The notes beneath the pieces were generated by a model. The model ran no database searches, was not told the DNA's origin, and was given only the letters and a program-made list of their open reading frames with translations. 64,000 bases of DNA from Marinicella sp. (lineage in GTDB: Bacteria; Pseudomonadota; Gammaproteobacteria; Xanthomonadales; Marinicellaceae): assembly GCA_965230295.1 (NCBI GenBank), contig OZ246001.1:1344001-1408000 (forward strand). Direction: 5' to 3'. Positions 48,773-59,283 of the stretch are shown in pieces. A program made the position numbers and the translations under genes. How positions within the stretch are numbered: the stretch's first letter is position 1; each line of letters begins with the position of its first letter.

Positions 48773-51655
48773 ATGCAGCAGACAGATCAAGAGCAGAACG
48801 AAACCAACCAAGTTCAAGGAACAGAACCCAACCACCCAAACAAAGATCAACAAGAAACCACCGCAGAAAATTCACGCTTTAAAGTGATCAGACGCAATGG
48901 AAAGGTGACTTCTTATGATCAATCCAAAATTCAAGTGGCCATGACCAAAGCGTTTTTGGCAGTTGAAGGCGGGCAAGCAGCGGCCTCAAGACGCATCAGA
49001 GAAACCGTTGAAAAATTAGTCGAACAAGTGCATTACGCGCTGTTCAGACACATGGATGATGGTGGCACTGTTCACATTGAAGACATCCAGGACCAGGTCG
49101 AACTGTCCATGATGCGTGCCGGTGAGCACAAAGCCGCACGTAATTATGTGCTGTACCGTGAAAAACAAAACGAGAAGCGCGCCCGTGCCAAAGCCAAAGC
49201 GGCGAAGAAAGAAAGCACTCCGGCTGAACCACAAGAAGTTTTGCATGTGATCGATGCTGAAGGCAACCGCAAGCCTCTGGATTTCGAACGCATTGACACC
49301 CTGATCACCGAAGCCACCCGTGGCTTGAAAGGCGTGACCAAAGAATTGATCACCAAAGACGTGCGTCGCAATCTGTTCGATGGCATGGCCGAAGATGACG
49401 TCAATGCCTCATTGACCATGTCTGCAAGGGTATTGATTGAAAAAGATCCAAACTATTCACACGTTACGGCACGGTTGTTGATGGATGCCATCCGCACCGA
49501 AGCCCTCAGCTTCATTTATGCCGAACAAAAAACAGCCACCCAAAAAGACATGGCTGACATTTACCCCGATTACTTTGGTAAATACCTACAACGCGGTATT
49601 GAGCTGAATTTGTTGGATCCCGAGTTGGGTCGTTATGACATCGAACGTTTGTCCAAAGCCATCAAACCCGAGCGTGACAAGAAATTCACTTACCTGGGAC
49701 TACAAACCCTGTTCGATCGCTACTTCATTCACATGGGTAAAACCCGCATTGAACTGCCCCAGGCTTTCTTCATGCGTGTTTCCATGGGCTTGGCCATCAA
49801 CGAGATTGACCGCGAAGCCAGAGCGATTGAATTTTACGACCTGCTCAGCTCATTTGATTTCATGAGCTCAACCCCAACCTTATTCAACTCAGGTACCTTG
49901 CGTCCACAGCTGTCCAGCTGCTACTTGACCACCGTGCCCGATGATTTGGACGGCATTTTCAGCGCCATCAAAGACGACGCCATGCTGTCTAAATATGCCG
50001 GCGGCTTGGGCAACGACTGGACCCGCGTCCGTGGTTTGGGTTCACACATCAAAGGCACCAACGGTGAATCACAAGGCGTGGTACCGTTCTTGAAAGTGGC
50101 CAATGACACGGCAGTGGCCGTGAACCAGGGTGGTAAACGCAAAGGCGCCATGTGTGCCTACCTGGAAACCTGGCACATTGACATGGAAGAGTTTTTGGAA
50201 TTGCGTAAGAACACCGGTGATGATCGCCGCCGAACGCATGACATGAACACGGCCAACTGGATTCCGGACCTGTTCATGGAACGTGTTGCCAAAGACGAGA
50301 CCTGGACTTTGTTCTCGCCAGAAGAAACCCCTGAATTGCATGATTTGTATGGTCAGGAATTCAAAGAGCAGTACGAATCTTATGAACAACTGGCCGCCGA
50401 AGGCAAAATCAAGAACTTCAAGAAAGTAGAAGCCAATGAATTGTGGCGCAAGATGCTGGGCATGTTGTTCGAAACCGGACACCCATGGATCACCTTCAAG
50501 GATCCTTGCAACATCCGTTCACCACAAAGACATGTGGGCGTGGTGCACTCGTCAAACCTGTGTACCGAAATCACCTTGAACACGTCTGATGAAGAAATCG
50601 CGGTGTGTAACCTGGGTTCAGTGAACCTGCCACACCATGTGAATGAACAAGGCATCGACCACAAGAAACTGAAGAAAACCATCACCACTGCCATGCGCAT
50701 GCTGGACAACGTGATTGACTACAATTTCTATTCAGTGCCACAAGCCAGACGCTCTAACCTGCGTCACCGTCCGGTCGGACTGGGCCTGATGGGCTTCCAG
50801 GATGCCTTATACATCCAGGACTTGGCTTATGCCACCGAAGCGGCGATTGAATTTGCTGACAACACCATGGAAGCGGTTTCTTACTACGCCATCAATGCAT
50901 CCAGTGACCTGGCTGAAGAACGCGGCACCTACCCATCTTATGACGGTTCATTGTGGTCACAAGGTATCTTACCGATCGATTCAGTTGAAATGCTGAAAAC
51001 CGAACGTGGACAGTTCATTGAACAAGACCAAAGCATGACCATGGACTGGGATGAGCTGCGCGAAAAAGTCAAAACCCAAGGCATGCGAAACTCCAACACC
51101 ATGGCGATTGCACCAACCGCCACCATCTCTAACATCTCAGGTGTGTCTCAATCGGTAGAGCCGGTTTACCAAAACCTGTTTGTTAAATCCAACCTGTCTG
51201 GTGAGTTCACCGTGATCAACCCTTACCTGGTTGAAGACTTGAAAGCCCTGGACATGTGGGATGACGTGATGGTCAACGACTTAAAATACTTCGATGGCAG
51301 TGTTCAACCCATCGACCGGGTACCTGATAACCTGAAAGCCAAATACGCCACCGCTTTTGAAGTGGATCCGCGTTGGTTGGTGGAAGCGGCCTCACGTCGC
51401 CAAAAATGGATCGATCAAGGTCAGTCTCTGAACCTTTACATGGTTGAGCCATCAGGTAAGAAACTGGATTCCCTGTATAAATTGGCTTGGGTCCGTGGCC
51501 TGAAAACCACTTATTACCTGCGTTCAATTGGCGCCACCCACGTTGAGAAAAGCGTGGATACCAGTTCGAACCAGGCGCCGGTAACCACCCAGCCCGGATC
51601 ACAAGCCCCGCAAGCCTGCTCCATCTTGGACCCAGACTGCGAAGCTTGTCAGTAA
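48773..51655 (+). CDS. nrdA: Class Ia ribonucleotide reductase alpha subunit with two ATP cones
   Basis: VIRRNG cone plus a second cone, TPTLFNSG, QLSSC, SNLCTEI, APTATIS, KTTYYLR, C-terminal CEACQ. Confidence 0.96.
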   Translation: MQQTDQEQNETNQVQGTEPNHPNKDQQETTAENSRFKVIRRNGKVTSYDQSKIQVAMTKAFLAVEGGQAAASRRIRETVEKLVEQVHYALFRHMDDGGTVHIEDIQDQVELSMMRAGEHKAARNYVLYREKQNEKRARAKAKAAKKESTPAEPQEVLHVIDAEGNRKPLDFERIDTLITEATRGLKGVTKELITKDVRRNLFDGMAEDDVNASLTMSARVLIEKDPNYSHVTARLLMDAIRTEALSFIYAEQKTATQKDMADIYPDYFGKYLQRGIELNLLDPELGRYDIERLSKAIKPERDKKFTYLGLQTLFDRYFIHMGKTRIELPQAFFMRVSMGLAINEIDREARAIEFYDLLSSFDFMSSTPTLFNSGTLRPQLSSCYLTTVPDDLDGIFSAIKDDAMLSKYAGGLGNDWTRVRGLGSHIKGTNGESQGVVPFLKVANDTAVAVNQGGKRKGAMCAYLETWHIDMEEFLELRKNTGDDRRRTHDMNTANWIPDLFMERVAKDETWTLFSPEETPELHDLYGQEFKEQYESYEQLAAEGKIKNFKKVEANELWRKMLGMLFETGHPWITFKDPCNIRSPQRHVGVVHSSNLCTEITLNTSDEEIAVCNLGSVNLPHHVNEQGIDHKKLKKTITTAMRMLDNVIDYNFYSVPQARRSNLRHRPVGLGLMGFQDALYIQDLAYATEAAIEFADNTMEAVSYYAINASSDLAEERGTYPSYDGSLWSQGILPIDSVEMLKTERGQFIEQDQSMTMDWDELREKVKTQGMRNSNTMAIAPTATISNISGVSQSVEPVYQNLFVKSNLSGEFTVINPYLVEDLKALDMWDDVMVNDLKYFDGSVQPIDRVPDNLKAKYATAFEVDPRWLVEAASRRQKWIDQGQSLNLYMVEPSGKKLDSLYKLAWVRGLKTTYYLRSIGATHVEKSVDTSSNQAPVTTQPGSQAPQACSILDPDCEACQ

Positions 51656-51744
51656 TAGAGTTGCGTAGCAACTGAAAATCATCTGGCCGGTTGGTGAGCA
51701 CAGCGAATCAGAGGCCAGGTGCGAAAAATGAAGACATGTTCGAA

Positions 51745-51797
51745 GCGGCCGCTTTCACTTTTGGCAACAAAAGTGAATGAAGTCCCAAGAACATACC
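51745..51797. repeat. Structured intergenic repeat, 3' partial copy between nrdA and nrdB
   Basis: GCGGCCGCTTTCACTTTTGGCAACAAAAGTGAATGAAGTCCCAAG matches 59136-59153 and 59255-59269. Confidence 0.72.
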
Positions 51798-52007
51798 AAT
51801 TTGCAAGTCCTGCGGGCTCTTCAAGTTTTTTCACTCTAATTTGACGAGCCTGTTGGCACCATAACGCATGTTGTGGGGTATTAAAGATGTATCAAAGCTT
51901 CGGTTTTCATGGACTGTGAAAGTGGAGCTGAAAAAAAACGTGTAGATGTAGAGGTGTGTAGCCTAAGACATCGTAATCAACAATAACAAAAACAGAGCAA
52001 CAATATC

Positions 52008-53255
52008 ATGATGAATTGGGACGATCCACTTGGACTGGGTAACAACAAAGAAGAAAAACCAGCACCAGTGGCCAAAACAGAACCGGCCAAAGCGCCGATC
52101 AAAGAAACAGCCGTTGTAGCCGAAAAAGCTGAAGTTGAGGCACCAAAAATTCAGGCTGAAGAAGCCGTGGCCAAGTACCAGACCGAACAGGAACCGGCTG
52201 CCGCGATCAACGTCACCAAAGAGAACACCTACGAAAATGCCATGAGCGGTGTGGAGCCTGTGCGTGCTGAAGACAAGCGGGTGATCAACGGTCTGACCGA
52301 CGTGAACCAATTGGCCCCGTTCAAATACCCTTGGGCCTGGAAGTTCTTCCTGAACGCCAACAAAAATCACTGGACGCCACTGGACATCAACATGACCCAG
52401 GACGTACATGACTACAACAAGACCCTGACCGAAGACGAAAAACACGTCTACCAGAATGTTTTGTCATACTTGACCACTTCAGACATCCTGGCGATGCGCA
52501 ACATTGGCCTGGCGGTGATGGAAAAAATGTCAGCGCCTGAATTACAAATCTACCAGGCACGTCAGGTCTATGAAGAAGCCTTGCACACGTGGACCTACCA
52601 GCACTGCATCGAAACCATTGGCCTGGACCAAGGTGAGATTTACAACCGCTACCGCGTGGTGCCAGAGATCAACCAAAAAATCCAAGTGGCCAACCGCCGC
52701 CTGAACAGCATCCTGCGGCCCAACATCGACCTGAACGACCCGGACGAAATGGAAAACTTCGTACTGGCCTACATGTTTTTTGGCGCCATCTTCGAAGGCT
52801 GCTGGTTCTACAACGGCTTCAGCCCGATCTTCGCTTTACAAAGACGTGGCCTGATGAAAGGCACTGCCGAACAGTTGCAGTACATCATGCGCGATGAAGT
52901 GATGCACGCCTCTTTCGGCATCCGCGTGTGCAAGCAGATCATCGAAGAAGAAAAAATCACCATCGACCCGGCCAAGATTCGCCACATGTGGGACGAGTCA
53001 GAAGCAGCCGAAGCCGGCTACGCCAAGTACCTGCTCCGACGCCCGATCCTCGGCTACTCCGCCGAAGACCACATCGAGCAGTTCCGCTACATCGCCAACC
53101 GCAGAGCACGACAACTCGGCATCGACGAACCCTTCCCAGGCGCCGAATGCACCCTACCCTGGCTCGATGAACAATCCAACCTAAGAAAAGAAAAGAACTT
53201 CTTTGAAACAAGAGTCACCGAATACCAAACCGGTGGAGCGCTGAGTTGGGATTGA
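52008..53255 (+). CDS. nrdB: Class Ia ribonucleotide reductase beta subunit
   Basis: SDILA, EEALHTWTY, FEGCWFY, RDEVMH, KEKNFFETRVTEYQ. Confidence 0.96.
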   Translation: MMNWDDPLGLGNNKEEKPAPVAKTEPAKAPIKETAVVAEKAEVEAPKIQAEEAVAKYQTEQEPAAAINVTKENTYENAMSGVEPVRAEDKRVINGLTDVNQLAPFKYPWAWKFFLNANKNHWTPLDINMTQDVHDYNKTLTEDEKHVYQNVLSYLTTSDILAMRNIGLAVMEKMSAPELQIYQARQVYEEALHTWTYQHCIETIGLDQGEIYNRYRVVPEINQKIQVANRRLNSILRPNIDLNDPDEMENFVLAYMFFGAIFEGCWFYNGFSPIFALQRRGLMKGTAEQLQYIMRDEVMHASFGIRVCKQIIEEEKITIDPAKIRHMWDESEAAEAGYAKYLLRRPILGYSAEDHIEQFRYIANRRARQLGIDEPFPGAECTLPWLDEQSNLRKEKNFFETRVTEYQTGGALSWD

Positions 53256-53281
53256 TTGGATTAACTTAAACGAGTAAGAAT

Positions 53282-53308
53282 AAGCCTGTGATAATCACGG
53301 GCTTTTTT
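53282..53308 (+). terminator. Rho-independent terminator after nrdB
   Basis: AAGCCTGTGAT-A-ATCACGGGCTTTTTT. Confidence 0.85.
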
Positions 53309-53605
53309 GTAAATGCAATAATGACTTGAGCCGAACCAAAACCAAGAAAGTGTTTTCATCACAAGACCACATTGATGCCACCAAAGACGTTGAGTGTGGC
53401 AAATATGCTGCTATCATCGATGCAGTGATGTACGCACAAAAGGATTGGGTGGTGGTCGTGCATACATTAAAGCATGTGGCGTGTGTTAAAGGTCAATGAT
53501 AACCGAAGTAATCAGTCTAGAGTGTTGAAGTTTAACGCTCTGGTTTAACAAAAACCATGTTGGATAGGCATAAGCCCATCCATCATTCAAACCACAGTTA
53601 TTTAT

Positions 53606-56600
53606 TCAATCACAAGGATGGCCCATCAATTGGGTTAATCGAGTCACATCAATGGAGCCGGATGGAAAATTGCTTATGTTACTTTCCCATTGAAAAGTTG
53701 CTTGGGTATCATCAACTAATGTGAAACTTAAATCGCCCCAGTTAGACAGTGATAAATCTTCAGCGTTGAAGTTCGGAGGAAAATCTGCTCCGGCACCACT
53801 GATTGCAGTGATTTGAGCACTGTTACCAGTAATGGGACCGGTCCCAAGTAGCCAGTATTGTTCTCCATTCAAATAAGTATACCAAGCCAACAAAATATTT
53901 TGGTTAGAGCCATCATCTATCACATTAACCATCAGCCCATGCCCACTTTGATTCTGGTCATACCATGAACCGCTGTGACAAGAACGAATACCAGATGCAT
54001 CTGAATGGTCTGGAAAAATTTGAGTTATGCGCTCAATATTAAACCCGCCTGAAGCGTTTTCGAAGTAATCTGAAGACCAAGTTAATCGTCCTGTGGCTGC
54101 TGAATCAAAATACAATTTGATGGTGCCCCAGGAATGTATAACCACATCTTCAGAATTAAATCCTTCAACGGGAAATCCGGTTCCAGTAGTGATGTTCATG
54201 TCAATTTCTACATGGTTGTTTTCGACTTCGCCAACACCAATTAACCATACAGGCTTACCATCTAAATAGGTATACCAGGCTGCCAATATGGCTGGTGCGT
54301 TATTTTGTTCAATGATTTCAAGCTGTAGCCCATGGCCAGACTGTTCAGGGTTGTACCAATTACCACTGATTTGTTCGTCAATCATATATTCTGACTTACC
54401 ATTTGGGTAGTAAGTTCTTAAAGTACCACCACTCCAAACCAGCATGTTTTTGCCAGTCCAGACTGCTTTATGGTTTGCGGTGATTGCCGGAGCCCCAACT
54501 AAATCTGTTTCTACCCATGAATTGTTTGCAGGATTATATTTGCCACCATTTCTTGTTAGAGAAAAACGTCCAGGAACATTTTCTCCATCTCCACCCCAAA
54601 CGATCATTTCGTTCCCCGTCCAAACCGCAGTATGTGATTCTTTTGGACCCAGAAAATCTGGAGCCAATATTTCTTCTGTCATGTAATTAGATGGGTTAAA
54701 TTTATATCCAGTGACAGCGCCTTGTCTGGTGGTACCACCCCAAGTGATGAGTGAGTCATCAGCCCATACAGCAGTATGCTTGGCAGTGTGATATGGAAAA
54801 TCACCTTGGTATTCAATTTGTTGCCAACTGTCTGATTCAGGGTAATAAATAAAATTCTGGTTTAAAGCTCTGTTATCACGATACTCACCACCCCATATAA
54901 TCATTTCGTTGTTGGTCCACGTGGCTGTGTGGAAACGTCGTCCTTGAGGTGCATCTAGCACTGAAGTGGGTGTCCAAGTGTTGGAAAAAGGGTTAAACCT
55001 GCCGCCAGTATTGGTGTTTATACCTTCAGATCGTCCGCCCCAGACAATCATTTCTTCACCGGTCCATACGCTGGTGTGATTAATTCTGGCTTCAGGAGCT
55101 CCTTCTAAAGTAACTTCAGTCCAATTATTGGAGACAGGGTTGTAAATGCCACCAGTATTTAATCCATTCTCCCAGGTACCTCCTCCCCAAATGATCATCT
55201 CACTACCCGTCCAAACTGCAGTATGTAAATAACGTGGAGCAGGCGCATTGATGGTATTGATAGCTAACCATCGATCAGTAATTGGATCATATAACCCACC
55301 TGTATCGGCACCAATGTTGTAGTCAATTTGACCGCCCCATACAATCATTTCAGCACCAGTCCAGATGGTACTGTTATAGCCTCTATGTGCGGGAGAGCCA
55401 GGTGTTTCATTGGTCAAAATCCAGCTGTTATTAGTTGGATTGTAACGACCACCTGTGTTTGAATTACTACCACCCCAAACTATCATTTCGGTACCTGTCC
55501 AAACAGCAGAATGATCACTTTTTCGAATTGGGGCTCCCGCCGCAGTGACGGATCGCCATTGGTTCATCTCAGGGCTGTATACGCCACCAGATATTTCATT
55601 TGAACTTCCATTATGTCCACCCCATGTAATCATTTCATCGCCTGTCCATATTAACGTGTTGTAGCTGCTTGTCGGTGGTTGGTTTTCGATTGACATCTGA
55701 GTCCAGGTGTCTGTAATTGGATTATAAACGCCTCCAAAACGGTGCGAGGATGCACTGCTGGAGCTGCCCCAAATCAGCATTTTGTCACCGGTCCACACCG
55801 CATGATGTCGATATCGGGCTGCTGGTGCATTTGCCTTTGATATCGATTCCCATCTGTCTTGTGTCAAGTTGTATTTTGCACCCGATTCAAGATAGCCATT
55901 GGACTCACCACTTCGGTCTCTTCCGCCCCAAATAATCAACTCCGTTCCTGTCCATACTGCAGCACTGAAGTCCCTTAGGGAAGGTGCATTTTCATGACTT
56001 ATTGCCCGCCAACTGTTGGTCACAAAATCATAAATATGGCCGTGGTCCGGCTCATAATTAAAAGCGAATCCATCCCAAATGATCATGTACCTTCCTGCTG
56101 CAAAAGCTTGATGATATGAACGGGGGCTGGGTGCATTTTCAAGGTTTAGATCAGACCATGAATCATCATTAGGGTTATATAGTTTTCCATCCTGAAAATA
56201 ACCATCATAATTATTGCCACCCCAAACAACCATCTGTGAACCTGTCCAAATCGCACTGTGATAAACCCTGCCTTGAGGAGCGTTTTCTAAACTGATTGGC
56301 ACCCAACTGTCAGTAATCGGGTTGTATTTAAAACCGTCCTGATGAAAAATCAAATCGCTACCACTGCTGACACCACCCCAAATAATCATTTCTGAACCAG
56401 TCCAAATGGCAGTGTGGCCATATCTGGGTTCGGGAATGAAAGTTTGCCATTCTCCTAATTCATTGTTCAAATCATTCAATTTGGATTTCTTTTTGAGAGG
56501 GAAGTCATTCAACCTGAGCTTATGAGCAAGCCCTTTAATGCGGATTGTATTAACAGCTTTTTCTGTAGAGAGCCACCATTGATCAAACAACTTTTTACCC

Positions 56601-57379
56601 CAGCTTTCTATTTCAACTACAATCCATTCATTGGTTGACTTAATTAATTTTTCGGTAAAAAAGAAATCAGTGGTTTCTTGTAAAGGCAACATGTCATCAT
56701 TTAATTGCGCATTAAGGACAGTGAGTTTTTTGTGGAAGTCTTCCTCAGGCAGTTCTTTCACATCAAACAACGCTTCCAAAGACTGAGTTTGACTGTTTTC
56801 TAAGTGGTATTTAAACTGATAAATCACACTTTCAGGACTGTCACTATTCAGGCTGGATTTGGAAGATGACCTGACTTGATTGATTGTTTGTTTCAGTGAT
56901 GTATTTTCCTGATTATGGCTTTGGTAATATTTTCGGATGTTTCGCTCAACAAGATAAGGTCTGGAAATACATTCAGCAATTGTATTTGGGTCATTATTCA
57001 ACAATTGAAACAAGGCTTTTAAGTGTTCAGTGTCTTGACTTCTCCTGATCATTCTATCCAGATCCTCTTGTAATGAGTCAAGAGTAATTTCTACTTGATA
57101 CAATTCAATCAATGCCTGTTCCATTTTTACAGACTTTAAAACTTTGTCAGTTAATTTTTGAATTTTTAAATTAACATTTGAACTCGTTTTGGTGGTGTTC
57201 TTTGTCAGGTTCTGAATTCTTAATTCTTGATAAAATGCTTCAATTTCTTGCTGACAAATAACACGCTGAGCGATGTAATCATCGTTGGATAGTTTATGCC
57301 ATTGTGATTTTTCAGCGTAAGCTTGATTGAACGCAAATAAAGTAATCAGTAACGCAGCAATCCTAAGTAATCTGATCAT
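53606..57379 (-). CDS. Large secreted Kelch-repeat protein (14 blades) with a duplicated C-terminal beta domain
   Basis: Signal peptide AYA-E; 14 x H.AVWTG.EMI.WGG...GG.YNP..NSW; two repeats beginning SG.WY...QSGHG. Confidence 0.88.
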   Translation of the reverse strand: MIRLLRIAALLITLFAFNQAYAEKSQWHKLSNDDYIAQRVICQQEIEAFYQELRIQNLTKNTTKTSSNVNLKIQKLTDKVLKSVKMEQALIELYQVEITLDSLQEDLDRMIRRSQDTEHLKALFQLLNNDPNTIAECISRPYLVERNIRKYYQSHNQENTSLKQTINQVRSSSKSSLNSDSPESVIYQFKYHLENSQTQSLEALFDVKELPEEDFHKKLTVLNAQLNDDMLPLQETTDFFFTEKLIKSTNEWIVVEIESWGKKLFDQWWLSTEKAVNTIRIKGLAHKLRLNDFPLKKKSKLNDLNNELGEWQTFIPEPRYGHTAIWTGSEMIIWGGVSSGSDLIFHQDGFKYNPITDSWVPISLENAPQGRVYHSAIWTGSQMVVWGGNNYDGYFQDGKLYNPNDDSWSDLNLENAPSPRSYHQAFAAGRYMIIWDGFAFNYEPDHGHIYDFVTNSWRAISHENAPSLRDFSAAVWTGTELIIWGGRDRSGESNGYLESGAKYNLTQDRWESISKANAPAARYRHHAVWTGDKMLIWGSSSSASSHRFGGVYNPITDTWTQMSIENQPPTSSYNTLIWTGDEMITWGGHNGSSNEISGGVYSPEMNQWRSVTAAGAPIRKSDHSAVWTGTEMIVWGGSNSNTGGRYNPTNNSWILTNETPGSPAHRGYNSTIWTGAEMIVWGGQIDYNIGADTGGLYDPITDRWLAINTINAPAPRYLHTAVWTGSEMIIWGGGTWENGLNTGGIYNPVSNNWTEVTLEGAPEARINHTSVWTGEEMIVWGGRSEGINTNTGGRFNPFSNTWTPTSVLDAPQGRRFHTATWTNNEMIIWGGEYRDNRALNQNFIYYPESDSWQQIEYQGDFPYHTAKHTAVWADDSLITWGGTTRQGAVTGYKFNPSNYMTEEILAPDFLGPKESHTAVWTGNEMIVWGGDGENVPGRFSLTRNGGKYNPANNSWVETDLVGAPAITANHKAVWTGKNMLVWSGGTLRTYYPNGKSEYMIDEQISGNWYNPEQSGHGLQLEIIEQNNAPAILAAWYTYLDGKPVWLIGVGEVENNHVEIDMNITTGTGFPVEGFNSEDVVIHSWGTIKLYFDSAATGRLTWSSDYFENASGGFNIERITQIFPDHSDASGIRSCHSGSWYDQNQSGHGLMVNVIDDGSNQNILLAWYTYLNGEQYWLLGTGPITGNSAQITAISGAGADFPPNFNAEDLSLSNWGDLSFTLVDDTQATFQWESNISNFPSGSIDVTRLTQLMGHPCD

Positions 57380-57463
57380 AATGAGAATTTTTTATTGAGA
57401 ATGAAAGTCCATTAGTAGACTATAAATTATAAAGCAATGGCTGAATTAATCAAAGTCAATTGC

Positions 57464-57488
57464 AATCAATGGGTCAGAGTTACTGATT
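57464..57488 (+). repeat. AATCAATGGG(G)TCAGAGT-type short repeat
   Basis: Similar copies at 61245-61267 (reverse) and 63380-63405. Confidence 0.6.
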
Positions 57489-57603
57489 CATAACACTTGT
57501 GAGTCGAAACAAATGATACAAAGACTTCAATTCTGATTGAAGCTGGATCACCAATCATGCATACTCATTACCAGGATTTCATTAACCAACCCAAGTCAAA
57601 ACC

Positions 57604-57909
57604 ATGATTGAACTCATTCCAGCCGCAGTCATTTTTCTGATCGAAGTGGTGCTGCTGGTGCTTTGGTTCAGATCGCGCCGGCGCAAGGATGGCAAAGAAC
57701 GCTGGCTTTGTTTCTGTGGTTTTTTGCTGGGTCAAGTTTATTTGCTGTGGGAAGTTTGGCAGGTCAGTCATACCGGAAAACCGTTGCCTGGTTCTGTCGA
57801 GCAAAAAATGCTGATGGGTAGGATCGTGTTAGGCACATCATTGGGTGGTCTTTTTACGATTATAGGACTGTTTTATTTAAGCTTTGCCACATTTCAAAAA
57901 CGTTCATAA
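57604..57909 (+). CDS. Small hypothetical three-TM membrane protein
   Basis: Three hydrophobic segments; followed by a strong hairpin. Confidence 0.55.
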   Translation: MIELIPAAVIFLIEVVLLVLWFRSRRRKDGKERWLCFCGFLLGQVYLLWEVWQVSHTGKPLPGSVEQKMLMGRIVLGTSLGGLFTIIGLFYLSFATFQKRS

Positions 57910-57922
57910 CCTATGAATCAGC

Positions 57923-57955
57923 CACCCGCGCTGAAGATGATTTTCAGCGCGGGTG
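57923..57955. terminator. Perfect 13-bp hairpin between convergent genes
   Basis: CACCCGCGCTGAA-N7-TTCAGCGCGGGTG. Confidence 0.6.
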
Positions 57956-58028
57956 CAGACAATGCCTTGATGCCAGTGATTCTAGGCCATCATTTCTTCG
58001 CGGTTGCTGATCCTTTAGGACCATTGGT

Positions 58029-58718
58029 TTATTCTTGTGGCATGGATTGATCCATTGGCATCGGTGTATTGAGCAATTCAATGTTTAAAACCTCAAACCG
58101 CCAACCATCCACATTTTCACCACTTCTCGGCCAACGCACTTCGCCAAATTCGACCATCTCACCAAAAGTGGTGTATTGTTCTTCGTTTTGGGTGGTCCCT
58201 GCTTTTAATAAATCACCATTTTCTGCTAACAATACCCACCCTAAATAATCTTTATTTTTATAGAAACTTAATTTCATGCCATGTCGTTCCAAATGTAAAC
58301 TCTGATCATTCAGGGCGATCAGCTTCAGTTTGTGGTACAAAGTTTTGTACCATGAAGAAATTTCATTTTTTAGTCGGTCTTCGCTAAAAGGCTTGAGTGA
58401 TGTTTCAGTTTTTGACCAACCAAAATCTTCAGTAAATGAACGCTCGCGATCCATATCAAAATTGTTTAATTGAGTGTGGTGTGAAGGCTTTTCCAAACTA
58501 TACCACTGCTCTTGAATGTATGGCAGACGCGCAGCAGGGTGATGATTAACGGCTTTGTTATGTAATGTCTTGGCCTGTGACCAGATCTCTTGACCACCCA
58601 CTGCGTTTAAAAATTTTAAGCCCAATGCTCTGGCCTCATCATCTTCGGCGAAACATGTATTCATGGAAAATAGGCCAATTAAGACAACAGTGATTTGTTT
58701 AATCATAATGAGTTTCAT
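58029..58718 (-). CDS. Secreted hypothetical protein (possibly an outer-membrane lipoprotein-sorting-like fold)
   Basis: Signal peptide CFA-E; LNAVGG...W...KTL and FGEVRWP patterns. Confidence 0.65.
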   Translation of the reverse strand: MKLIMIKQITVVLIGLFSMNTCFAEDDEARALGLKFLNAVGGQEIWSQAKTLHNKAVNHHPAARLPYIQEQWYSLEKPSHHTQLNNFDMDRERSFTEDFGWSKTETSLKPFSEDRLKNEISSWYKTLYHKLKLIALNDQSLHLERHGMKLSFYKNKDYLGWVLLAENGDLLKAGTTQNEEQYTTFGEMVEFGEVRWPRSGENVDGWRFEVLNIELLNTPMPMDQSMPQE

Positions 58719-58904
58719 ACGTTTCCTTTGTTTGTTGTTGAAACAATGATATTAATGAAAAACATCAGCCATTTTGATCCTATTATATGAATGTATGGGT
58801 TTTCTATTTGAAACAACCTTTTTGAATGATGAATGTTGGTTAGAAACAACCTGCCCGTAAAGAGGTATACCTCAGGAGAACTGTCGGACAGTTTGACTGG
58901 CGCA

Positions 58905-59283
58905 CTTGGTTAGGCAGATCATGTAAGAATGGCGATTTGACAAAGTCAAGAAGCCTTGATGGAATGATCGATAAGCCGTGAAGCTAAAGCTAAGCTGGTC
59001 GCTTCCGCATCGATCCCCAGGACGGGGTGAATGCAGAGAATTGTTGGGAACAATTCCTGCCTGCTCTCGCGACAGACCTACATCCTTGTAGGCCAGTCAG
59101 AGAGTGTAAGCCCGAGGTACTATGCTATGGCCGCTGCGGCCGCTTTCACTTTTGTAGGAACAGACATGCAGTGCGAAGCAACTGCTCAGACAATAGTCTG
59201 TAAAGGTCGGTTTATTTGCGCAGCAAATATGAAGACCTGTCAGACCATGAACCAGAATGAAGTCCCAAGGACATTCCTTATGT
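58905..59283. repeat. Structured intergenic repeat, copy 2, expanded by extra hairpin modules
   Basis: Same 5' and 3' blocks as 48395-48585, with inserted hairpins (GAATTGTT/AACAATTC, CCTACA/TGTAGG, CAGAC/GTCTG, ATTTGC/GCAAAT). Confidence 0.75.

Noticed and set aside
48773-51655. Intein or intron in the long nrdA
   Set aside because: The extra length is explained by two ATP cones and an N-terminal extension. No splicing motifs or frame breaks were seen.
51963-52445. Long antisense or alternative-frame ORFs over nrdAB, thrA, OPT, MATE and the TonB receptor
   Set aside because: These are shadow ORFs expected from codon bias in real genes.
52008-53255. Possible class Ic (Mn/Fe) or metal-free NrdB
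   Set aside because: The first ligand is Asp (SDILA), the radical Tyr is present at H+4 (EEALHTWTY), and the other ligands are intact, so it is ordinary class Ia.
53326-53499. 57-codon TTG ORF after the nrdB terminator, vaguely like a PIN-domain tail (IIDAVMYA)
   Set aside because: No RBS, short, and the similarity is too weak without a profile search.
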